24,000 nt of DNA from Bacillus phage G, in the sequence record JN638751.1. One strand, 5' to 3'. The position numbers and the translations under genes are program-made. Position 1 is the stretch's first letter, and each line of letters opens with the position of its first letter. This document shows positions 6,861-15,789 of this stretch, in pieces. The notes under the pieces are model-generated. The model searched no databases. It saw only the letters and a program-made list of their open reading frames with translations, and was not told the origin of the DNA.

Positions 6861-8831
6861 ATGTCAAGCGAAAAAGATAACTTAACTGTAAATACTGATT
6901 ATGGCGTCGAGCAAATTGACGCATTAGAAGGTTTAGAAGCCGTACGAAAAAGACCAGGTATGTACATTGGTACCACAACACAGAAGGGTGTAACTCATCT
7001 TGTTTGGGAAGCAGCAGACAATTCTATTGATGAATCAGTTGCTGGTTTCGGTAGTGAAGTATGGATCAGTGTAGAAACTGATGGTACTACAACTATTAAA
7101 GATAAAGGGCGTGGTATTCCAGTTGGGCCACATCCTAAGTTTAAAAATGCTGATGGAACTCAAAAAGATACATTAACAGTTGTTTGTACTCAACTACATG
7201 CTGGTGGTAAATTTAACCAAGCAGGAAGCGCATATAAGAGTAGTGCTGGTCTCCATGGCGTAGGTATTAAAACAATTACCGCGCTTTCTGATCATATGGT
7301 TGTAGAAGTAAGACGTAATGGGAAAATCCATAGACAAGAATTTTCAAGATGTTACCCAGTAACTGAAGTAGAAGTTATTGGTGAATGTGACATTAACGAT
7401 ACTGGTACAACAGTTCAGTATCATCCAGATGCTGAAATTTTTAAACAAACTTTATTACCTGATTGTAAGTCACTACAAGCTAGAATGGCAGAATTAGCAT
7501 CATTAAATGCTGGTTTACGTATCTACTATACTAACGAATCTACTGGGCATATCGAGGATTACTATTATGAGGACGGTTTGATTGGATATGTTAATCGTAT
7601 GGTTGGAGAAAAACCTTCATTATATGATAAAGTTCTTTACTTTAAAGATACTTATGATGTAGATGAAAATCGTCAAATCATTGTAGAGATTGCATTTAGA
7701 CATGATGATGATGATAAAGCTGGCGAAACAATTAAATCATTTGCTAACAACATTAATACTCATGAAGGTGGATTCCACTATGATGGTTTCCGAAAAGCAT
7801 ATCGTAAATTCCTTAATAAATATGGCGAAGATAAAGGATTGTTAAAAGCAGCTTTACCGATGGGATATTTATTGGAAGGAATTAACGCAGTAGTATCAGT
7901 TAAAGTACCAGAAGCGGAATTTGAAGGTCAAACAAAAACAAAACTAGGAAATGCTGAAGCAGAAGACGCTGTAATTGCGGTATTTGAAAAAGGTATTAGT
8001 GAATTTTCTAAAGACCCAGAAGCAGATGAGATTTTAGAAACAATTATTTTAAAATCAATTAGAGCCAAAGAAGCAGATGAAGCAGCAAGAAAAGCTAGAC
8101 AATTAGTGAAACAAGGTAAGAAAGCTAAAAAACTAGCTTTACCAGGGAAATTAGCTGATTGTACTTCTAAAACTTATTCTGAACTATATATTGTAGAAGG
8201 TGATTCTGCTGGTGGTTCTGCTAAGTCCGGAAGAAATCGTTACTACCAAGCAATATTATCATTACGTGGCAAAATCTTAAACGTGGAGAAAAGTAGTTTA
8301 GAAAGAATGCTTAACTCTGAAATGATTAAGAATATCATAGGTGCAGTTGGTACTGGCATTGATTCGCCAGGACAAAAGTTCGAATATGAAAAATTGCGAT
8401 ATGATAAAATTATTTTCATGTGTGATGCTGATGTCGATGGTTCTCATATTGAAGCACTACTACTAACGTTATTCTATAATTATATGAGACCATTAATTGA
8501 AAAAGGGCATGTATATGCGGCTCAGCCACCATTATATCGAGTAGTTAAAAAGAACGAATCAATTTACCTTAAAGATGATCATGAGTTAAAAGAGTATACT
8601 AAGAAACATCCAAACGCTGAAGTTCAACGCTTCAAAGGTCTTGGTGAAATGAACGCAGATCAACTTTGGGAAACAACAATGGATCCAAAAGAAAGAACAT
8701 TGTTGCAAATTACGTTAGAAGACGCAGAAAGAGCATCTACAGTATTTTCTGAATTAATGGGTGGAGACGCAAAACCACGTCGCGATTTTATAGAAGCAAA
8801 TGCGCATAAAGTAGATTTAAGTTTTACTTAA
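6861..8831 (+). CDS. Type IIA DNA topoisomerase ATPase subunit (GyrB/ParE family)
   Basis: EGLEAVRKRPGMYIGTT, DNSIDE, DKGRGIPVG, GLHGVGIKTITALS, YIVEGDSAGGSAKSGRNRYYQAILSLRGKILNVEK, DADVDGSHI, QRFKGLGEMNADQLWETTMDP. Confidence 0.97.
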   Translation: MSSEKDNLTVNTDYGVEQIDALEGLEAVRKRPGMYIGTTTQKGVTHLVWEAADNSIDESVAGFGSEVWISVETDGTTTIKDKGRGIPVGPHPKFKNADGTQKDTLTVVCTQLHAGGKFNQAGSAYKSSAGLHGVGIKTITALSDHMVVEVRRNGKIHRQEFSRCYPVTEVEVIGECDINDTGTTVQYHPDAEIFKQTLLPDCKSLQARMAELASLNAGLRIYYTNESTGHIEDYYYEDGLIGYVNRMVGEKPSLYDKVLYFKDTYDVDENRQIIVEIAFRHDDDDKAGETIKSFANNINTHEGGFHYDGFRKAYRKFLNKYGEDKGLLKAALPMGYLLEGINAVVSVKVPEAEFEGQTKTKLGNAEAEDAVIAVFEKGISEFSKDPEADEILETIILKSIRAKEADEAARKARQLVKQGKKAKKLALPGKLADCTSKTYSELYIVEGDSAGGSAKSGRNRYYQAILSLRGKILNVEKSSLERMLNSEMIKNIIGAVGTGIDSPGQKFEYEKLRYDKIIFMCDADVDGSHIEALLLTLFYNYMRPLIEKGHVYAAQPPLYRVVKKNESIYLKDDHELKEYTKKHPNAEVQRFKGLGEMNADQLWETTMDPKERTLLQITLEDAERASTVFSELMGGDAKPRRDFIEANAHKVDLSFT

Positions 8832-8856
8832 AACAGGATTTTCAATCCTGTTTTTT
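8830..8856 (+). terminator. Intrinsic terminator downstream of the GyrB/ParE-like gene
   Basis: aaaacaggatt / aatcctgtttt stem, loop ttc, followed by a T-tract. Confidence 0.9.
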
Positions 8857-8884
8857 GTTTTTTTATTTATAAGGATTAATATGG

Positions 8885-8938
8885 TCTAATTAAACAAATC
8901 AAATCTGGGTTATCTCAGTGATTATTTGTTTAATTAGA
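8885..8938. repeat. Long perfect inverted repeat in the intergenic region
   Basis: tctaattaaacaaat (8885-8899) is the exact reverse complement of atttgtttaattaga (8924-8938). The 24-nt loop contains a second small stem ctggg/ctcag with loop ttat. Confidence 0.85.
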
Positions 8939-9040
8939 TGACATTAATTTGATTATTATATTAAACACAGATTAAAATTATTGTTAAAAAACATTGACTT
9001 TATGTAAATAATATAAAGAACAAGTTATTTAAAGAATGAG

Positions 9041-9406
9041 GTGAATCAAATGTCGCTTGGAAAAATAGACTATACAAACTTAGACTTCGAAGAAATTCCA
9101 TACACAATTCACGTAGCGGGTGTTAGTTGGGAAGATAGACAAGATCACATTCCAAACCTAGAAATTGACTCAGAGGTTTACTTAATAAGAGACCCAAATA
9201 ATCAATATGATAAAAATGCTATTTCAGTAAAGGCTATTGATAATATTCAAATTGGATGGATTCCAAAAAAGATAGCTGAAGTTTTAGCTCCAGAAATTGA
9301 TGCTGGTATCCAATGGCAAGCGAGAGTTGAAAAAATTATTGGGAACGAACAACAATTAAAAGGAGTGTTAATAAAACTGTTTCTTTCAAAGGATTATATG
9401 ATATAA
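9041..9406 (+). CDS. Standalone HIRAN-domain protein
   Basis: YTIHVAGVSWEDRQDHIPNLEIDSEVYLIRDPNNQYDKNAISVKAIDNIQIGWIPKKIAEVLAPEID matches the HIRAN pattern (hVAGVxh...LxREPxNxYDxNAIxVxxxxxxxhGYhPxxhA..LAPxhD). Confidence 0.85.
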   Translation: MNQMSLGKIDYTNLDFEEIPYTIHVAGVSWEDRQDHIPNLEIDSEVYLIRDPNNQYDKNAISVKAIDNIQIGWIPKKIAEVLAPEIDAGIQWQARVEKIIGNEQQLKGVLIKLFLSKDYMI

Positions 9407-9459
9407 TAAAATTATAAATAAAATTAACAACATTATGGTAAATTATTAGAGGTGATACG

Positions 9460-11931
9460 ATGGCACGCAGTAATAAGAAAAATGAAAAAATAGATTTTGA
9501 AGAGTTGTTAGCTAATGAAAATATCAAAAAACGTAATGTAGTAGATCAAATGGAAAATGCTACTCTAAATTACGCAGTAAAAACAATTATTGATCGAGCT
9601 TTACCTGATGCAAGAGACGGATTAAAACCATCACAACGTCGAATTTTATATGCTTTATGGGATTTAGGAATGCTACCTCATAAACCATATCGAAAATCAG
9701 CAACAGTGAATGGCCACGTAATGGGTAATTTCCATCCACATGGTGATACTTATGGTGTAATGGTAAATATGACAAATGAATTAAGTATTCGATATCCAGT
9801 AGTTGATGGTCAGGGTAACTTTGGTAACCCATTAGATGGTGATGGTGCAGCAGCGATGCGTTATACTGAAGCACGTTTAGATAATCTTGGAATGTTAATG
9901 CTACAAGATGTTGACAAAAAAGTTGTTGACTTCCAACCTAACTATTCTGAAGAAACAGAAGAACCAGTGATTTTACCAGCAGGGATTCCATACTTACTTA
10001 TAAATGGAGCAACTGGTATTGCAACTGGTTATACTACTGACATACCTTCCCATAATTTAAGCGAAGTAATTGATGGTATCTTAAATTTAATTCAAAATCC
10101 TGAAATTGATATTCATGGGTTAATGAAACACATTAAAGGTCCTGATTTACCTACTGGCGGGATTGTAGTAAAAAATGAAGATTTAATTAAATTGTACGAA
10201 ACTGGTAGAGCTTCTCTTAGATATAGAGCGAAAATGACAACTGAAATTAATGAAGAGGGTAATACTCAAATTGTTGTTACAGAGTTACCGCCTGATGTAA
10301 GAAAAGCCTCACTTGAAAAATCTCCAGGCATTGTTGAGAAGTTGTATCAATTATGTGTTGTTGATAAAAAAATTCCACGTATTGTTGATGTAAGAGATGA
10401 ATCTGAGGGTAAGAAGGATAAGAAAACTGGGATAGCTTCGGACCAAGTGCGTATTGTAATTGAACTTCATAAAACAGCAATTCCGGAAGTTATCATTTCT
10501 GAATTGTATAAGAAAACAGCGTTAGAAAAAACGAATGGTTATCTACTACGCGCATTAGTAAATCAAGCTCCAGTAATTTTAAATTTAAAAGAAATGCTGG
10601 AAATCTTCTTGAATCACAGACGTGATGTTATTACTAGAAGAGTTAAGTTTGATTTAGAGAAAACAAAACGCAAACTACATTTACTTGAAGGTTTCATAAT
10701 TGTATTTAATAATATGGATGACATTATTCATATTATTAGAAATTCAAGTGATGTGGAACAAGATTTAGTTGCTAAGTATGGTTTCTCTAAAGAACAAGTT
10801 AAAGCTATCTTAGCTATGCCATTACGTAATTTATCTAAAATGGAAGAAACAAAAATCCTTGATGAAATTCAACAACGGAAAGATGAAATTGAAATGTATG
10901 AATTCATCTTATCAGATCAAAATGAAATTGATGCAATTGTTAAATCTGAACTCGTAGAAATTAAAGAAAAGTATAAAAAAGATAAACGTAAAACAACAGT
11001 TCTTTGCGAAAATGAGTTAAATAATTCGTTAAACATGATGTCAGATGAATCGATGGTTTCAATTTTAACTTCTAAAAATGCTATTAAACAAATTTCTGAA
11101 GAATCTTTAGATGATATGTTAAAAGCTGGGGCATTTAGAGAAAGAACAGAAGTTTATATTCAGGGAGTTAAATGCAAAATAGATGATGAGTTTGTTTTAA
11201 TACTTGAAACAGGTGAATATGTACGAGCTACATTTAATGATTTAGCTCTAATGGATTTTGTTGAGAGTAAGAAAGTTGTAGCATTCTTTGTATTAGACCT
11301 ACAAGATAGTCAGAAAAACGTTGTTGTAATGACTAAGAGTGGTTTAATTAAAAAATCGAAAATGAGTTCTTTCAAAGCTAGAAGTCGAAGAATTGCTCCA
11401 TATATAGCTTTAGCTAATGAAAATGATACTATTGTTGGAGTTAAGATTAGTGATGGCGATGAACTAAATAATACTGTTGTTGTAGCTACGAAAAACGGTA
11501 TTGTTCATAGATTTAGCGAGAATGCATTTACCCCTAGCAATCCTGGTGGCAAAGGAGTCCCTGGAATTTCTGCTTCTGTTATTGAAGAAGGAGATGAGAT
11601 AGCCGACTTTGATGTTGTATCGAAAAATGATGATTCAACAAACCTATTAGTAATGTACTCAAGGGATAAAGAAGGAAATATTAGTATGAAGAGTATGAGT
11701 ATGTCTGAATTTATCACTAAAGGTCGAGTATCTAGAGGTATCGTTGGAGCAGCAAAAGATTTCAGTGATGAAGTCTATAAAATTAAAGTTACAAATGAAG
11801 ACTTGGTTATCATTGATAAAAAAGGTGTTATTCATAAACAGAAATTTGTATCATTACCAATCCAAAGTAGATACAATAAACCAGAAAGAATTGATTTCGA
11901 ACCACTAGTTACTGATTTTTATTTAGAATAA
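9460..11931 (+). CDS. Type IIA DNA topoisomerase cleavage subunit (GyrA/ParC family)
   Basis: RALPDARDGLKPSQRRILYAL, FHPHGDTYGVMVNMT, RYPVVDGQGNFGN, DGDGAAAMRYTEARL (catalytic Tyr), C-terminal beta-pinwheel-like repeats. Confidence 0.95.
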   Translation: MARSNKKNEKIDFEELLANENIKKRNVVDQMENATLNYAVKTIIDRALPDARDGLKPSQRRILYALWDLGMLPHKPYRKSATVNGHVMGNFHPHGDTYGVMVNMTNELSIRYPVVDGQGNFGNPLDGDGAAAMRYTEARLDNLGMLMLQDVDKKVVDFQPNYSEETEEPVILPAGIPYLLINGATGIATGYTTDIPSHNLSEVIDGILNLIQNPEIDIHGLMKHIKGPDLPTGGIVVKNEDLIKLYETGRASLRYRAKMTTEINEEGNTQIVVTELPPDVRKASLEKSPGIVEKLYQLCVVDKKIPRIVDVRDESEGKKDKKTGIASDQVRIVIELHKTAIPEVIISELYKKTALEKTNGYLLRALVNQAPVILNLKEMLEIFLNHRRDVITRRVKFDLEKTKRKLHLLEGFIIVFNNMDDIIHIIRNSSDVEQDLVAKYGFSKEQVKAILAMPLRNLSKMEETKILDEIQQRKDEIEMYEFILSDQNEIDAIVKSELVEIKEKYKKDKRKTTVLCENELNNSLNMMSDESMVSILTSKNAIKQISEESLDDMLKAGAFRERTEVYIQGVKCKIDDEFVLILETGEYVRATFNDLALMDFVESKKVVAFFVLDLQDSQKNVVVMTKSGLIKKSKMSSFKARSRRIAPYIALANENDTIVGVKISDGDELNNTVVVATKNGIVHRFSENAFTPSNPGGKGVPGISASVIEEGDEIADFDVVSKNDDSTNLLVMYSRDKEGNISMKSMSMSEFITKGRVSRGIVGAAKDFSDEVYKIKVTNEDLVIIDKKGVIHKQKFVSLPIQSRYNKPERIDFEPLVTDFYLE

Positions 11932-11941
11932 TATGTGTAAA

Positions 11942-11976
11942 AAAAAACCTACTAGTAAATTACTAGTAGGTTTTTT
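11942..11976. terminator. Bidirectional intrinsic terminator between convergent genes
   Basis: aaaaaacctactagta / tactagtaggtttttt, perfect 16-bp arms, loop aat. Confidence 0.9.
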
Positions 11977-11986
11977 GCTGTTTAGA

Positions 11987-13822
11987 TTAAGGAGTAACTT
12001 CTGTAGCAGTAAGCTCACCAGTATCAGAAACAGTTAATCTGTAACGAGTACCGTTTGGAGATGCAAGAATAAAACCTTTACCAACAGTTGTAACTTCAAT
12101 ATCATCAGCAGAAACTTTATCAGCTTTAGCAGTTAAAGCAGTTTTGTCTGCTTTGTCTCCTAAAGTAGTATTTAAAGCTCCCATTTCAGATTCATAAGTA
12201 GTAGAATCTACTTTGCCAGCTAAGTCAGTAGCGTAAGTAGTTTTGTCTACTTTTTTGTCTAATTCTGAAGTTAGAGTTGTTTTATCAGCTTTAGCGTCAA
12301 TTGCAGTGTTTAAAGTAGCTAAATCTGCAGTGTGAGTCGCTTTGTCTAATTTTGCAGCTAAATCAGAAGTATGAGCAGTTTTATCAACTTTACCATCTAA
12401 TTTAGTGTTGAAATCAGATACACTAGCAGTATGAGTCGCAGTATCTAATTTGCCGTTTACTTTGTTGTTTAGAGTAGTGCTATCAGCAGAGTAAACAGAT
12501 AAATCTAATTTGTTATCTAGAGAGTTTTCGATGTCACTAATTTTAGTGTTGTAAACTGTTGTATCAACTTTATTTAAAAGTGTATTATCAACTTGACCAA
12601 GCTTAGTGTTGTAGATTGTAGCATCAATCTTGTTGTCTAAAGAATTTTCGATATCTCCTACTCGTGCATTGAAAGTAGCAGAATCAACTTTAGCATCGAT
12701 AGCAAGATTAATTCCAGCAATAGCAGATGAGTTTACTTTATCATTCAATTTAGCATTTACATCATCTTTGAAAGTGTTGTGAGTTGCTACATCTAATTTG
12801 GAAGCCATACCAGTGTTGTAAGTTGTTGTATCAACTTTATCACCAATTTCTGTTTTGTCTGCTTTAGCATCGATTAAGCTTTGTAAAGCAGCTGAAACTG
12901 TTAATTTATTGTCAACAATTTCAAACTTCTCAGTATCGATTTTGTCTTCTAGATAACCAGAAGTATCAGTAGCGCTAACTTTCATATATTGGTCTTGAGC
13001 AAAAGAGATTGAAGAATCTTTAGTGTCTTGTAAACCAATGTTACCGTTGCTTGCAACGATACGGAAAGTCTTTTTAACGCCATCTGCTTCATCTAGTACT
13101 GAATCAGCTACAACAAAACCTTTGTTAGGAGTTGCAACTTGAACATCTCCATCAAACAACCATCTGCGTTTGTTTTCATCCCAAGTAATCTTAACGTGAT
13201 CTTCAGTACCTCTATCAACTACGATAGAAACTTGTCTACTTGGAACTTCAGTTTCATTGTTGTTTAATGTGAATGTGTCAGATGGAGTACCAGCAGCGTC
13301 GGCTTTTAGAGCTAAGTGACCAGTTAATAATTCAATATCTAATTTTTTATCTAATTCTTCTTGCAAATTAGTAATTGCACTGATAGGGTGAGCACAAGAC
13401 TCATCTCTACCACTAATTTGATCGTGAGAAGTGATAAAGTTAGGAGATTGAATGATTGGTCTCATGTCAAAAATGTTTTCTTCAGTGATAATTTCCGTAT
13501 TGTTTTTAACGAAAATAGCTGCAAGAGGTACAACATTTTTTTCAAGTTTTGGGAGTTCAGGATTAGCCTTCGCTTCGCTTTCGATGAATTTGATTACACC
13601 AGTTTTAGTAATGCACACAATAACAAACTTAGCTTGAGCATTTGGCTTTGTAATCTCAGGTGTACTTCCGCCTGGGAAATTCACATAAGTAGAACTATCG
13701 AACCAAAAACCACCCGCAGTAACCTTCACAGTCATGTTAGGTACCATTTGCGCAGTAACTTTTAACGCTGATAAATAAGAATTAAGCTTTTTGTATTGAT
13801 CTCCATATGGTGGTATATTCAT
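11987..13822 (-). CDS. Phage tail fibre / virion-associated structural protein
   Basis: RBS gggagggg before ATG on the minus strand. Structural N-terminal region, then many degenerate repeats (KADKT..., DNKLDxxxYxxxxxxLNNKVD). C-terminal TVGKGFILASPNGTRYRLTVSDTGELTATEV, a common phage structural ending. Confidence 0.75.
   Translation of the reverse strand: MNIPPYGDQYKKLNSYLSALKVTAQMVPNMTVKVTAGGFWFDSSTYVNFPGGSTPEITKPNAQAKFVIVCITKTGVIKFIESEAKANPELPKLEKNVVPLAAIFVKNNTEIITEENIFDMRPIIQSPNFITSHDQISGRDESCAHPISAITNLQEELDKKLDIELLTGHLALKADAAGTPSDTFTLNNNETEVPSRQVSIVVDRGTEDHVKITWDENKRRWLFDGDVQVATPNKGFVVADSVLDEADGVKKTFRIVASNGNIGLQDTKDSSISFAQDQYMKVSATDTSGYLEDKIDTEKFEIVDNKLTVSAALQSLIDAKADKTEIGDKVDTTTYNTGMASKLDVATHNTFKDDVNAKLNDKVNSSAIAGINLAIDAKVDSATFNARVGDIENSLDNKIDATIYNTKLGQVDNTLLNKVDTTVYNTKISDIENSLDNKLDLSVYSADSTTLNNKVNGKLDTATHTASVSDFNTKLDGKVDKTAHTSDLAAKLDKATHTADLATLNTAIDAKADKTTLTSELDKKVDKTTYATDLAGKVDSTTYESEMGALNTTLGDKADKTALTAKADKVSADDIEVTTVGKGFILASPNGTRYRLTVSDTGELTATEVTP
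12507..12657. repeat. Degenerate nucleotide repeats within the fibre gene
   Basis: tgttatctagagagttttcgatgtcac and tgttgtctaaagaattttcgatatctc, plus recurring 'agtgttgtaga/aact gttg' units, encode coiled-coil/fibre repeats. Confidence 0.6.
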
Positions 13823-14060
13823 TATAAAACCCCTCCCTTACTATTTGTTTTTTAGTGGTAATAAAAAAATATATCAATATCGCTCTACTACCACCAAATA
13901 GATAATAAGTAATCAAACGCTTTTTATTTCCTCCTAACCCTGTTAATAACTCCATGTAAAAATCAATACTCAGAGTCACCAGAATTCAATCTAATGATTT
14001 TTAATAAAATTCATTAGGATAATATAATCAAAAATTATATTCACAGAATGGTGATTTTAG

Positions 14061-14091
14061 AGAGAAGTAGAATAGTAAGCACTACTTCTCT
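14061..14091. other. Stable hairpin in divergent intergenic region
   Basis: agagaagtag / ctacttctct perfect 10-bp arms, 11-nt loop; only weak T-runs on either side. Confidence 0.6.
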
Positions 14092-14204
14092 TATTTACTA
14101 TTAAAGTTGATAAAAATTATCACATTTTTAATTATTATGTATACAAGACAAAATAAAAAATTATGGCATACACAATGTTCTTATAATTAAGGAGTTAGAT
14201 AAAT

Positions 14205-15017
14205 ATGAGCAATGAAAAACAACTATGGTTATCGCACTCAAGAATGAGTGCTTATTACAACTGCCCCCTTTACTACAAGTTAACTTATATTGATAAAGTT
14301 CAATTAGATACTAAAGGGAATTATCATACTGCATTAGGGAATGGAATCCACAAAGTATTAGAAGACATGTATAGTACTAATAATTACTCTCTAAAATTTA
14401 TGGAAAATTTATGGGAAGTAGTTTGTCACAAAGGCTACACTGAAAAAAATGGTCAACATGTTAAAGCTATTTTGCATGATGAGCAATATGATTTCCCTAA
14501 TGGAGAAGAAGAAAAAAATATGTTTTTTTATCATGGTAGAAAGTTGATACGAGAATATTATCACAAAAACAAACATGAATTTGGGGTAGGAGAAATAGTA
14601 GCTACGGAGTTAAACTTTAAGGTCCCAGTTGGTGGTGGAAAAGTTGTACTTAATGGATATATAGATAAGATTCTAAGGTTACCTAATGGTAAATTAGTAG
14701 TTTGCGACTATAAGACTGGGAAAGAAAATACTCAAGAAGAAGTAGATGATAACTACCAATTAACACTATATGCTTTCGCTGTAAGAAAACTATTTGAAGA
14801 AGTTGAAGGAGAACTTTATTTACATTTCATAAAGAGTGGTAATAAAGTTAAAACAACTAGGGGTAAAGAAGATTTTGACAAATTATTAGATAGAGTTAAG
14901 TTTGTTAAAAATGGTATTGAAACTGAACAATTTGAACCGAAGATTGGTGAGCAATGTCGATATTGTTTACATGATTGTCCTTTAAATGGAAATGGATTGC
15001 AAAAAGACTCTGAGTAA
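14205..15017 (+). CDS. PD-(D/E)XK nuclease (RecB/Cas4/AddB-like) with possible Fe-S cysteine cluster
   Basis: LSHSRMSAYYNCPLYYKLTY, GNGIHKVLEDM, VVLNGYIDKILRLPNGKLVVCDYKTGKE, NYQLTLYAF, and C-terminal CRYCLHDCPL pairing with the N-terminal Cys. Confidence 0.85.
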   Translation: MSNEKQLWLSHSRMSAYYNCPLYYKLTYIDKVQLDTKGNYHTALGNGIHKVLEDMYSTNNYSLKFMENLWEVVCHKGYTEKNGQHVKAILHDEQYDFPNGEEEKNMFFYHGRKLIREYYHKNKHEFGVGEIVATELNFKVPVGGGKVVLNGYIDKILRLPNGKLVVCDYKTGKENTQEEVDDNYQLTLYAFAVRKLFEEVEGELYLHFIKSGNKVKTTRGKEDFDKLLDRVKFVKNGIETEQFEPKIGEQCRYCLHDCPLNGNGLQKDSE

Positions 15018-15033
15018 TTCAGGGTCTTTATTT
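15001..15033 (+). terminator. Intrinsic terminator overlapping the nuclease stop codon
   Basis: aaagactctgag / ttcagggtcttt stem (G-U allowed) followed by atttttt. Confidence 0.75.
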
Positions 15034-15139
15034 TTTGAATAAATATTACTTTTATTATCATTTTGTTAAAAATCAGCTGCTATTTTATTATTATATATCA
15101 AAATCAATACAAATCAAAATCAGCAGGGAGAATGGATAT

Positions 15140-15742
15140 ATGAACAATTTTATACCTACAGTAATTGAAAATGATGGTCGTGGAGAGAAGGCATATGATG
15201 TATATTCACGCATGTTAAAAGATAGAATCATTTGGGTTCGGGGAGTAGATGAAGATTCTGTTAATGCAATTAACTCTCAACTGCTATTTTTATTAGGTGA
15301 CGATGATCAAAAACCAATTAAAATGTACATAAACTCTCCAGGAGGATCAATTCTTGATGGGGATTCTGTACTAGATACAATGGATTTTATCAAATCAAAA
15401 GGTATTATTATTGAAACAATGGTAATTGGTAAAGCTGCATCATTTGGCGCATTAATTCTTCTTAATGGTTCAAAAGGGTATCGTTCTGTTCTACCACGTT
15501 CTAGAGTAATGATTCACCAACCTCTTGGTGGAGCACAAGGTCAGGCTTCTGATATTGCGCTTAAAGCAGAATTAATTATTAAAATGAAAAATGAAATTAA
15601 TTACTTTATTTCTGAAACAACTGGTCAACCTTTAGATGTTATTGAATCAAAAACCGACCGTGATACTTGGTTTAGAGGCCAAGAAGCTGTAGACTTTGGT
15701 TTAGCTGACAAAGTGATTAATACTAAAGTTAAAGTAAAGTAA
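15140..15742 (+). CDS. clpP: ATP-dependent Clp protease proteolytic subunit; start at ATG 15140 preferred over 15035
   Basis: IPTVIENDGRGEKAYDVYSRMLKDRIIWV, INSPGGSILDG, IGKAASFGALIL (Ser), RVMIHQPLGGAQGQASDI (His), DRDTWF (Asp). RBS-like cagggag upstream of 15140. Confidence 0.93.
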   Translation: MNNFIPTVIENDGRGEKAYDVYSRMLKDRIIWVRGVDEDSVNAINSQLLFLLGDDDQKPIKMYINSPGGSILDGDSVLDTMDFIKSKGIIIETMVIGKAASFGALILLNGSKGYRSVLPRSRVMIHQPLGGAQGQASDIALKAELIIKMKNEINYFISETTGQPLDVIESKTDRDTWFRGQEAVDFGLADKVINTKVKVK

Positions 15743-15789
15743 GAGCTTAAAAATATAAAACAAAAATAAACGAAAAGGTTGATGTATAT

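Noticed and set aside
8981-9018. Possible promoter TTGACT...TATAAA upstream of the HIRAN gene
   Set aside because: The spacing between the best -35-like and -10-like hexamers is 12 nt, outside the usual range; not supported as a sigma-A promoter.
9587-9874. Minus-strand ORF inside the GyrA/ParC-like gene
   Set aside because: His/Leu-rich antisense of a highly conserved protein-coding stretch.
13361-13765. + strand 134 aa ORF opposite the fibre gene
   Set aside because: The minus-strand fibre gene has a good RBS and recognisable phage structural features; this is its shadow.
11987-13822. Repeats considered as a CRISPR array
   Set aside because: Repeats are imperfect, in frame and code for fibre/coiled-coil units; no constant-length spacers.
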